A stretch of 64,000 bases of DNA from Antedon mediterranea (lineage: Eukaryota; Animalia; Echinodermata), in contig NC_092672.1 in the NCBI RefSeq assembly GCF_964355755.1, positions 26,294,437 to 26,358,436 on the forward strand, given 5' to 3'. Under the pieces are notes generated by a model that saw only the letters and a list, made by a program, of their open reading frames with translations, was not told the origin of the DNA and did not search any database. The translations under genes and the position numbers were made by a program. How positions within the stretch are numbered: position 1 is the first letter of the stretch; the number at the start of each line of letters is the position of its first letter. Shown here one piece after another: positions 34,493-46,099 of the stretch.

Positions 34493-37400
34493 ATGGCCGA
34501 CTTGCTAGGAAGTATACTAAATTCAATGGAAAAGCCTCCATCAGTCGGAGAAAAAGAAAAAAAGCTTGCTAAAGGTAAGTTAGTAGTATTACGCCAAGGA
34601 GCTAGCTTTTTAGCTACTGCTGTTGCACACAGCAGGACAGCCAGGCCTCTTTTTCTAGATTGGCTATAGGCCTAGCCTAGGCCTATAGGTATGTATATGT
34701 AGGCCTATGGGTTATCAGACGATCGGGCCCAAATCGTGAGACTATCGGGCCCATCAAGGGTGAAAGACGATCGGGCCCACAGACGATCGGGCCCAGTCCC
34801 AGACGATCGGGCCCAAAAAACAAGACGATCGGGCCCAAAACATTCTCGGGAAAATAAAAAATAAATAAATACTTACTTGTTTACTTGTTTACTTGTTTCC
34901 CGTACACTTTCGTCTACGGGATCGAGGCGAAGCACTCAGTGCTTAAAAGCCCCTCTTAGCAATAAAATCATATTCTATATAGTATAGGGTGAAAACTTCA
35001 GCGGGTGGTTAGACCATGCGACGTTAAGTTTTGCTTACGCGAATACAAACAACACAATAATAACAATCAAAATCAATCACATTTATTCATAAATCGAGAG
35101 TATTGGTAAGAAATTCTTAAAACCCGATCGTCTTGGGCCCGATCGTCCGTGGTCCCGATCGTCTGTTCCCCCTAGCTAGGCATAGAATAGGCATAGCCGT
35201 TACTAAATTTAGTTTAAAAAAAAGTTAAAGCCTAATAAATAGGCATAGCCTTTACTATTAGAGAGAACCTAGCAGACATGAGCTGCCCGAGTGGATTGGA
35301 ATAAAAAAAGACTAAAATTGTAATAAGACTCGAATCGTCGAGTATCAGATAGGTAGTCAAAAAAAAGTTTATGCATTAATAAAGAAGGAAGATGATGATG
35401 AAATGTATGATACAGAATAAACAGGTTTATACAGACTTTTATCATATACTGAAATTTCTGCGAATAGGCCTATATTATTTGCCCAAGTAAAGCTGCACAA
35501 TTAAAAAGTGCGCAAATCGTGCAGCATAATTAACATACTTAGTCCTTGTGTATTGATCATGATTGTATATTGATCCAGGCTAACGCTACTGTAGATATAA
35601 AGTGATAATATGCTCATCCATTAGTTCAACCAGTATTAATTAAAAATCGATAATTCTAAATTTAATTTTCAGAACGAAAAGCTAAACTTGAAAAAATGAA
35701 AGAAGATGATCGAAAAAGGAAGAATGCTTTTCGGGAGAAAATAGAAGAAAGAATAAATGCATTCATTAACGACAGTAAAGAGACGAGATTAAAGCTAGAA
35801 AATATGGACAAAATGTGTAGAAGTATAGTGTAAGTCGAGGCGACGGCAAATCCAATCGAACGTCAATGTTTCGTTTTTATGCGGCTCTGCGCATATCGAT
35901 TGGTGCTTGGCCGCGTGGAGCATCGTGAAAACGAAACATTGGCGTTCGATTCGCCGGACCGGAACCGTGCCGGAACAGGTGTGGAAGACCCTTCCTTAAG
36001 TCGAGGATCTTTCACTGGTGGTGACCTTACCAAATCATCAGTCGTTTCATTTAAGTTTGTGTTATTTGTAGATGTATTTTTATTGGTAAAATACCAAGTA
36101 TTTATTATTGCTAAAATTGCAAAATAACATCCAAAATTTGAGTGAAGTTTTCATCCTGATTTATTTTTCAAGTTCAATTATATAGGCCTATTTCACATTC
36201 ATAACTTTATAATATACAGCTCAATACAATAAGCTATAATACATTCCAAGCTGGGTTACCAAAAGGGCTACTGTATATATATTGATACAAGGTTATTAAA
36301 ATAATGATAATAAAATGATGATTGAAATATTATGATGCAATCTTTCATTACTAACTACTGTAAATTGAGCTAATTGTCTGTGTGTGGGACCTTTGCAAAG
36401 TGTCCTCTTAGTAGGGGTGTCCCTGTAAAAGGGGTTGGCTGCAACATATTGCCTCTTTCACAAATCAAAGAAAGTGTCCCCTAAATAATGGTGTTCCCTT
36501 AATAATGGTGTTCCCTTTATAAGGTTTTTGTTGTTCAGGCTAAATTGTCATACATTAAAAATACATTGTCCCCCTAAAAAGTTTATTTTGAATATGCCAT
36601 TTTAATGTCACATAAAAGGTATTCACTTTGACCAAAAACTGGATCGAGAAAAAACAATTATTTACCCGAAAAAGGTGTAATTTAAAGCAAAAAATACTTA
36701 AATTGTCTGTCAGACAATGGTTTTTGGTTAAAATTAACCATTTCTTTTGGATAGGTGAAATAATTATTGATTTTTTTTTTTTTTTTAACTGAAGTGAATA
36801 CTGTAACTTTTTTTAAACTGAAAATATGGCCTATTTAAAGTCTGATTTCATTAATTTTCATGTTTTTGGGGGTCAATGCATCTTTAAAATGTTTAGCTTG
36901 TTGTAGATTCAAACAATATAATAAATGTAATATAATCTTTATTATTTAGCCATGATATCGCTGATGTAGCTGGTTTAACATCGTTTTCGTTTGGTCTCAC
37001 AGATGATGAAAGATATGTTATGTTATTTAAAAAGGTAAGATAAGATAAAAGTGAGGCTAAATGAGAAATGTTATAAAGACCTGGTTTCAAAAATGGGTTT
37101 CTAAGACTGAACTCCATAGCTCAAATTATGCTTCCCTTTTGTTTTTTCTTGTACACAATGAAAATCTGTTAAAATCATAACAAGCAGAAGGTTTGATTTT
37201 TGGTTGAAACAGCCTTCTCTCTTTCTCACAGATTTCCTCCTCTTTATCTGGGCAGTTTCGAGTTTACCTAAAGCTGCTCATAATTTACTAATTTTAAATA
37301 TTTTTCAGGAATATGCTCCTACAGATGATGAGTTGGAAGCCTATAGACGAGGAGAAGAATGGAATCCTGAAATTGCCAAGGAAAAAGCGAGATTGAAAGT

Positions 37401-38486
37401 TAGTGATGAGAAATAACAGTTAATTTAAGAGTGCAGGGTTCTATGAAAAATATATAGTTTTTTTATTCAGTCTCTAATTTGAATGGCCCTACAAAACATA
37501 GTGTCCTATATGTTATTCATTTAGTTTCTAATCTATATTATAAAACTAAAACATCATTTTTTTTTTATTATATTATTTTACTAAAATTTAACCCAACTTT
37601 TGACAAATTGTTATGATAATGTAATTAAATTATTATAATTAATTGTATAATTAATTAATGTATGCTTACATTTCATTGATGTAAATTACATCTAAATTAC
37701 TTTCACATAAAAAAAAAAAATTTAATCGTAAGTAATTAAAATTAACCCGCTGGCTCAATTATTAATATATTTATTTTAAAGTTTATTTGGTATAGGTTAC
37801 TATTTTACTTTATCATGTGTTTTTGTAAAATCAAATTTTTCATTTTATTTCCCTTTTTTTCAGGAATTGGAAGAAGCTGAATTATCAAGCACCTCAAAGA
37901 AGGAAAAGTTTGTGCCTGCTACAAACTACAGAGATAAATATAAAAAACTTATAGGTGAAGAAAGTGCAAAAGAGGCTGCTCATAATTTAACACCCAACAA
38001 GCAATTCGGATTCGGTGAGTTTTGAATAATTAAATCAATTGCACCAGTATAAATTTAGTAAAAGAATTACTCGCTCCTAACCGGACATCTCTTCTTTACC
38101 TCACTTCAATACCTCACTACCCCTGAAAGTTTTTTGTTTGTGAGAAAAACTGTAATTAATTTCCAACTCTCTGAGCTACAATATGTCTTAGACATTTCTA
38201 TCGCATGATCATTGGTATTGTGACTTTTAACAGGTTGCCTGTCGGGACATAATTTGTGGGTGGCCTTGGGAGGTCGGGTAGGCAATCCCTGTTAAGTACA
38301 CATTAAAGCATTTGCTCGATTAAATTCCTATTTTTTGTTTTCTTTATTCAAGTTCCAAGTGCAAATAAAAAGGACAAGCGATCTGTTGAAGAAACGTTGA
38401 ATGAAATCAGAGCGAAGAAGAAGTTGAAACAAACTGCAAATGAAAGCAATAGTGAAGAAGCAACAGTGTCATCAAGTACATCTTGA
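34493..38486 (+). CDS. SPAG7: Sperm-associated antigen 7 homolog (R3H domain)
   Basis: Exons 34493-34574, 35673-35829, 36950-37034, 37309-37398, 37864-38014 and 38353-38486: [17 protein letters not shown]...[15 protein letters not shown]...[20 protein letters not shown]...[26 protein letters not shown]. Confidence 0.95.
34709..35171. mobile_element. MITE with subterminal AGACGATCGGGCCC repeats (6 at the left end, 3 inverted at the right end)
   Basis: Direct repeats at 34717-34836; inverted copies at 35123-35165; GG...CC ends; no clear TSD. Confidence 0.7.
36555..36887 (+). mobile_element. TTAA-flanked MITE, copy 2
   Basis: Shares gaatatgccattttaatgtcaca and ggcctatttaaagtctgattt with the other copies; TTAA ends. 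Confidence 0.7.
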
Positions 38487-39841
38487 TATAGTTACTAAGC
38501 AACAACAACAATGTGTGGTTGCTACACATAGACACCAGTATGGGAGCGAACACAAATAACATTGATACCTTATTGTGTATTATTGCTAAATAACCAGCAA
38601 AAACAGCAATACAATGTGTTTATCAATTGGTATTTACTTGTTGCTATGATGGCCACCTCCGCTGTAATTGCAGGAATATTTTCCAGGATATGTGATGAAG
38701 CATATCAACATTGGTGAAACTAACATTGATTGAATTACTGTACACGCTTCCCTGATTGAATTTGATATTTCATGGTCTGGGAAATTTTGGTTAGAAAGTG
38801 TTATTCACTGCAGTACATATGCTTATTTGACTGGAGTGCTTTTTATTTAGACTGAGTTTAAAAGCATCAACTATTCGATACCACAGTAGAAATCTCATAT
38901 TTCAGTATGTCTGTCTATTAATACAGTTGAATTTTCCTTTGCGGACCCCAGTAAGCTTGTACTTCCTATATAATCAGTTAATTTGGTAATCTCTTAATTG
39001 TTAAAACCTCCCATAGTCACTCATTCATCTGTTGTTTGTTCTTCCTATCTAATCTATTCAACTAAATAAAATTACTCGTTTTTATATACAGTATAAACAA
39101 TTGCCTTTAAATAATAAAAAGCTTTTTGAGCTATATCAAATCTCCCCATAGAGTGGCCGCAGACATTTGTTACTACATTCTGATCTTACATGAAGTATAG
39201 GTGTATAGGACCTATAACAATAATTAAATAACCAGTTATTTAAAAAATAAAAGGGTAAAAAAATTACAACTATAGTACAGATAAATTATTTGATGATGTG
39301 TGTGCATATATGATAACCTTTTTATAGAGCCATAGTAACCAGTTATTAGAAATAAAAGGGTAAAAAATGTCCATTTAAAATTTTTTTAATGAACATATCG
39401 ACATTATAATATTTGCATTTAGGTAACATGTGTAGACCACATGACATAGTAAACTGTTATTTTAAAAGAATAAAAGGATTTTCGAAAATTTTCCTGTACT
39501 ATAGTACAGAGTTATTTTTAGAATTTTTTGGGGAAAAATTATAGAAATATCGACTGTTGAGGTAAAATGCGCAGACCAGATTATATGATTCAGCGCATGT
39601 CAAATTATGATGGTTATTTTAAAAAATATAAGAATCGAAATTTGGCGATTTCCCTGTTGGTTTACTATAGCAGGGATTATAGTCTATGAGGCTTGCTAGC
39701 GCTGAATACTATTCAGATCTTTACGAACATTATGGAAACATAGATGTCTGTGACATCTAAGGCCTTTTGGATCAAGTTTAGAAAGAATCCTTTTTTAGAG
39801 ACTCAAATGACACTGAGATCAGTACTATACATTCAGTGTTA

Positions 39842-40295
39842 ACCTAGTCTACACTAGCAAACTTTTTTTTCCAAAGCTTGCTAGTGTTTAGACAACTTTT
39901 TCAAACTTCAGGAACACAAATTTTTAGAAGTTAGGACGTGTACATTTTTGGTATTTTAATACTTAAAAATAGTTTTCTGAGGTTTCTGAACTTAAGAAAT
40001 TACAGTCTTTGTAGTCCTGCAGGTGGAGTAACTAGTAAGTAACAAGTTTAGACAGGAATGGCAAAATTCTCCAAACAGTAGAAAACTCTAAGTTTGCAAA
40101 GTTCAGTAAAGTATATATATATATACTTTATTGCACTGATGAAGGGCTAGTGTTGCCCGAAAGCTCTGCTAACTTTTCTGGCTGTTTTACTTAATCGTTT
40201 TGATTTAGCTTTTTGCTTTTTTTTTGTACAACATTGTCATTTTTTCAGTAATTTGCCTTTGGATTTATATATAAGTTTGCTAGTGTAGACAAGGC
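39842..40295. mobile_element. Tourist/Harbinger-like MITE (TIR about CCTTGTCTACACTAGCAAACT) carrying a secondary insertion
   Basis: cctagtctacactagcaaact at 39843 and agtttgctagtgtagacaagg at 40274-40294; TAA/TTA flanks. Confidence 0.65.
40133..40169 (+). ncRNA. Minimal type I hammerhead ribozyme (Penelope-like element type)
   Basis: GCA-CTGATGA-A-GGGC-tagtgtt-GCCC-GAAA-GCTC-TGC: intact core boxes, 4-bp stem II, 3-bp stem I and a vestigial palindromic stem III (AGCT). Confidence 0.6.
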
Positions 40296-40695
40296 TTAAT
40301 GTATGGTGAAAAATGAAATATAACTAGAGGGTGCTATAATATTTTGAAAAATATATCAACTCATAGAGGGCGCTATTGAAAATGTAAAGGTATCTATTTA
40401 TAATGAATAGTAAACATGGGTATGTCAGACGTACCAAAGGCGAAAAATACAATGCCAGCTCATTATTTCACTTATTAAACAATACATGAATTTATTATAA
40501 ACATCTTGCAGACCAATACTTAGCATATTTTTTTATTTTTCTTTATTTACAGTAATAGAAATTAGAAATATCGGGATGAAATTGCATTTTATTGGGAGAT
40601 ATGACTTAAATTATTGAGAGATCATTATCTGGAGAGTTGGGAGGTCTGGCTTAATGTAAGTAGTGTAATGGCTTGTTTAACTATTGTATTCCTAT

Positions 40696-43600
40696 CTATA
40701 TTGCAAGGGATTGTAACCCATCTAAAACTAAAGCATTTTCATCATTATCATTTTCATTTGGTGATGATGCCTGTGTCCCTTGTATACGCTGTTTATGCCT
40801 CTCTGATTGTCTTTCTTTTTTCTCTATTCTGTTTTGCTTCTTTCGTTGTGCATTTGTTAAACGGGTCTGTAAAAGTTTTAAAAAAATTTCCTATTATTAA
40901 AGGCCATGTGCAGGCAAAACATTTCTATTGATTATACATTTATATAATCATGTTACTAAAGGTAATAGTTTCACCATGTTTCATACTTTTTTAAATTTTG
41001 CTTGCGTGTGTGGTTTTTTTAAAATGAGCACTTTCTTGTCAGGTTTGGGAGTGAAAGCATTTAAAATAAACAGTAAAAACCTACCCTACCTTGTTGTACA
41101 CTAATTTTCAAAGGGTTATGAAAAATAAATGGTGGGGCGAAAATTGTTATCAGTTATAATAGGTAATGTAACTTTAATTGATTTAGTTTCTTTAGTTAAT
41201 TTTTAGTGTTTTAATGATGGCACTAGTTAGATTCTAGACAGAAATTTGGCTTATACATGACATTCCATTACTAATACTTGAATGCAACAAATTCAAAACA
41301 CCCGGTGGTGATCTACTATACTAAACATGAACAAAAATATCCAATGCTACTTATTTGTTGACTTACTTCATTTTTCTTTGACTTTGTTCCTGTATTCTGG
41401 CTTTTTCCTTTATGTGGATTTTGTTTGTTTTTTACAATGTTTTCATTCGCATCGCCAAATATCCTCGACCCAGTTCCATTCGTATCCCACAATCCTCCAC
41501 TATCGCTGTTGGATAATAATGATCCATCTGAAATACATAATTAGTATTTCCTTTTATATATAAAAAAACCCTGTTACACAATATCCCACAATCCTTAAAG
41601 ATATATTTTCCCCATTAATTTTTTCAAATTCTGTTTACATTTTTTGTGGAATATGCCATTTTAACGTCACATACTGTAGTTATTAACTTTAACCAAAACT
41701 TACCCTGTACCTGAACAACTTTTAACTTAAGCAATATTAAAATTGTCAGATGGGTTTTTGGTTCACTTTAACAGTTCATTTTGTCTTTTTATAAGTTTAA
41801 CCATTGTTTTTGTTGATTTTTTTTAACGGAAATAAATAACTTTACTTGAAACTACAAAATGGCCTATTTAAAGTCTGATTTTAGTAATCTTCATTTTTAA
41901 TGTTTTTTGGGAACAATACATCTTTAACAGATTACTTGGATGGCTGGTTTGAGTGTACCTTCCTTTATTCTTATGCTGATGGTACATGTGTAAATATTTC
42001 TACGGAGCATATTTTCAAAAATGGGAAAATACAATACCTTCTTGTTGATCTGATGACAACAACAAAGCCATAATGAAGTCTACAGTTGATGGAACATCAT
42101 AAAAATGTTCTTGTAAAGTTTCTCGTACTAAATTTACATCCTATAAAAAAAATTAATTGAGTCATAATAATAATTATTTAACAAATCAAGCAAAGTTTCT
42201 TTATGTAAATGTTACAGTTGACAGAGAGTGCCCTACGAGCAGGTATATATAATTCATTTTTTCTATTAATGAATTTGACATTCTTTTCTCCACATGTTGC
42301 ATTTCTGTTAAAACATCCGAGGGCATAAGAAGGGATACACCTTAATTAACAGTTTTACCTGTACAGTAAATATTAATTGAAGCATTGTAACGTTTACCAC
42401 CCAAACTGTGTACAGTGATTTAGTAAATATCAATCAACAGTTTCTTCTGTAAATATTTTCTAAAGCATGGCATCTTTTACCAGAATTTTTAACAGTGTTA
42501 AGTATCAATCAACAGTTTTTTCTGTAAAAATTGAGTGAAGCATCGCAACTTTTATCAAAATTGTTCACAGTGATAAGTATCAATCAACAGTTTTTCCCAT
42601 AAATATTCACTGAAGCATGGTAACTTTTTGTGCACAGTGATCACAAATCAAAATATATTTTTGTAAAAAGTCAGTGAATCATGGCAACTTTTACCAGAAC
42701 TATAATCAACAGATTATTTCTGTAAAATTCAGTGAAGCACATTTTTTTTTTTCAAATTACCTGTTAGCCCAATAATTCAAAAATATTCAAATTACCTGAC
42801 AACCTGTTAGCTCAATAATTTGCATAATACTCATTTCAATATCATCTATTTCACCATTGCACAGATCTGAAGGCCCTCCACAAGCACCCTCATGTTTTAT
42901 ATTTTCAGATTTCTTTTTTGACGTTTTCGTTGTTAGAGAACCACAGGAAACACTAGTTGGTAACTGTAAATTAATCAAGAAAAAACATGAAATTATATAT
43001 CATTTACTGAATAACTCAGAATGCAAAGAATTGTTTAATTGGAACCATTTAGAGAATGTTTAATATTAAAGAGATATAGAAACAAAATAAAGGTTAGGTA
43101 TCCAATTGGAAGAAACATTTTCTGTTGGCTTGATGTCCAATGAGTGTATACAAATGTTTATAACCATATGAGTGTATACAAATTATATGAATGTGTTTAG
43201 ATAGCTATTTCTGAAAAGAAAAAAACATATATACTTTTATTTTTGTGTTGTGTAATTCTGCATGATCATAACACTGTGTATAAAGGTTAAAAATAGAGAA
43301 GTGTAAAAATTATAAAATAACGAAAAAAGGTAGAAAACGGAAATTTTATATGAGACTGTAATACTTATGAAAGATTAAATGAAAAAAGGTGGTGTTTATC
43401 TACAAAAAAATCGATACATATTTGGTGCCATAATATATATTGGCATAATACTATGCTTGCCTCCATGGCATACCATTATAATACAGTAATTATTATAAAT
43501 ATTAATGGCAAGATTTGTTTTATAAAATGACATTTTATGTTTGGATGTGTCAATTGAAAAGTATAGCACAATTTGGTTTGGTCTTGCTTTTATATATTAA

Positions 43601-46073
43601 ATATTAAATTTGTTTTCACCTCTGAGTTTATAGTACTGTTGCATTTGTTTGTTTGTTTGTTTGTTTTATCTTTATACTGGGTGACCTCTTCAGTCAAAGA
43701 CTGATCTCCCAGAGGGCCCAGTTGGTGATCAGTGGCTGTGATGTACTAATACACCGGTGTAACCCCCCACTCGTCTCGAAAGATGTACTAGGTTCTTTAA
43801 AGTGCACACGAGCAAGTTGTGTACACTGGACCTACGGTTTATAGTCCTTATCCGAGAAGACTCGTTCTACCACCAGAACCATGGAGTGAGTGAGCCTCGA
43901 ACCCCTGCCGATGTTATGGCTACGTGATTACGGTTCCACTGTCTTAACCGCTCGGCCACTCACTCACTCATTATCCGTAGTATTTTCTACTTGATAACAA
44001 ATACATACCGAAGGTGTTTTAAAATGTGTTGGTTCATTGGTATTATCACATAGCTTGCGTACGCTTGAATAATGATCTCCATTGTGATAGGATATGTGTA
44101 ATTCTCTAGACCCTGGTGCATCATTACCACTAACCTGAAAATACAAGAAAAACAAAAGAGCTTTAAAGTTTTTCTTAGGCAAGGTTGACATTGCATATAA
44201 ATTATTATTTTTTATCAGCTTGGTTGGCTGTGATTCTTGTCTCCGGGACGAGGAATAGATAGCTAAGTAAGGAAACTAGGCACAAAGATTCACTGTCAAC
44301 AAATGAAAATAATTAGTTAGTTAGATCATCATCATCAGCCGTGTTTCTGCCATAGTGAACGATTTCTAGCTGCTCCCTGCACTTTCTATTATGGTAAATC
44401 TTCGTATATGATTGTATATACAGACTTTGTTATTGTAACTTAGTGTATACAGTATGTATAAAGTTTAGGATGTTTTTTACCCTGAATACTGGAGCATTGA
44501 GTTGGTGTATGACGACTGTGAGTTCCTTTAGCCTGGCAAATCCTACAATTGCATCATTGCCAGCGTATGTTCCTGACTTCCGTAGATTAGAAACTGTGAA
44601 GAATATCAATTAATTAATAGTTTGAGAGTAACATTTAACATAAATAACACAACAAAACAAGATTGATAATATAAAAAAAAGTGAGACAAGCCATTATAAA
44701 AATTCTATATTTCAAACATTATTTGTTTAGGAATCAAAAATAATTAACAGTGTGAAATCTTTAGGTGCCAAGAGTGTTGAGATGGAAGATTAATTAACCA
44801 ATCATAACTAATAGGATATTTAAATAAATCATGAACCAATAAAAATAAGTCCAGCTAATAATTATAAGCCTGGGGAAAAGCTTTACATGAACAACTAAGT
44901 TGGATGACAAAGCCCCTTTGTTGAACAATGGAGCATGTTTTTTATAACAAAAGAATTCAAGTTTTACCAACAATCACATCACTATTAGTATTATTGTAAA
45001 TAAAAAAAGCCTAAATTATGTTTAAAGGTTTGCATGGCAAAAATCAATATGATTTATGGTATACCACATACAGTATGTAGTTTTGAAACTGTTGAGTTTC
45101 TCAACATTTCAATTAATCTGCTTCGATCATTCTCAGGACTGAGAGTTATAGTCTAGAAAAAAAGGTTTAGAATTTGAACAGTCTTTTCCGAATATACATG
45201 GTCTGTTTTTAAACATTAATTTACCATGTCTTTCAAACGGAACATCATCTTCCACAAAGGGCTCAAATAATTCACGATGATCTATTATGTATTGTACTGT
45301 GTCCTCCCTATGATGCAAATGGTTTCTTCCATGGCCTTCAAATTGGTCACCAAGTGCTCGAAATAAACAGTTACTGGAAAAAGAAATATTGTTAAAGTTC
45401 ATTAAAATACAAATGTTTAAAGTAAGAGAATGGGCATAAACCAAGTCCGGATTGGTGTCGGTTAAGTTTATGCATGCATATTTTTCGCAGAAACATACAA
45501 AGTTTAACACCAACTTGTATGATTTGGCTGGCATCTTGATTGATATGGTTAGGAAGGAATTACGGTGAGGTTTTTTGTTGCTTTAACAATATTGTCTTTA
45601 CTCACCATTGTCTTTTATTGGGTACATGGTTAAGCTAGTATAGTACATTCACACTTGAACAGAAGATGGTGCCGTTTGTTAAATAATGGAAAATCATATA
45701 AAGAATTAAACTGCACCATCTTCAGTTCTATGAAAAGTGTGAATATAGCTCTACTCTCACTTGCATAGAGGAAAATAAATTTGAATGTGGTTGACGCCCA
45801 TTCTCTAAAATACTGAACAATATTTCTATAATAGTATTTATATGGAATCTGTGCATACCCATCTCCAGGAATGTCTCGTAATTGTAAACATAGAGTTTGT
45901 AGTTGGGTTGCAAAACCAGCAAAGTTTTCGTCGTCTGCCAAGTATGATTTGTCTTTTCTTTGTTTTCTGTAACCTGACTTAATAGCTCGCTCATCACGTT
46001 TTCTTTCTTGTTCGTCTTGTCGTTGACTTTTCGTCTGTTTTCCTTTACTATAATTCCTATTTTGCTGCGTCAT
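40696..46073 (-). CDS. OTUD3: OTU-domain deubiquitinase 3
   Basis: Exons 46073-45859, 45373-45225, 44593-44481, 44134-44009, 42963-42796, 42140-42038, 41527-41367 and 40866-40696. Motifs: [23 protein letters not shown] (catalytic Cys), [31 protein letters not shown] (catalytic His), a UBA/CUE-like segment and a basic C-terminus. Confidence 0.94.
41595..41927 (+). mobile_element. TTAA-flanked MITE, copy 3
   Basis: TTAA-AGATATATT...AATACATCT-TTAA; internal similarity to copies 1 and 2. Confidence 0.7.
42410..42740 (+). repeat. Degenerate minisatellite of about 70-78 bp in an OTUD3 intron
   Basis: tatcaatcaacagttt...gaagcatggcaactttt recurs 4-5 times. Confidence 0.75.
43644..43968 (-). mobile_element. 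tRNA-derived SINE with Deu/Nin-like core and (AAAC)n tail
   Basis: Minus strand: A box TGGCCGAGCGG, B box GGTTCGAGGC, core GGATAAGGACTATAAACCGTAGGTCC...TTAAAGAACC...GAGTGGGGGGTTACACCGGTG. The 3' tail is shared with 56511-56595. Confidence 0.8.
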
Positions 46074-46099
46074 TTTTTATCATTCTTCACATATTTTCT

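Noticed and set aside
34717-34836. Regularly repeated 14-mer with short variable spacers, superficially CRISPR-like
   Set aside because: Eukaryotic intron, repeats and spacers far too short, inverted copies at the other end, no cas genes: these are transposon subterminal repeats.
43880-43968. tRNA gene
   Set aside because: A and B boxes are present but no clean cloverleaf could be drawn; it is the head of a SINE.
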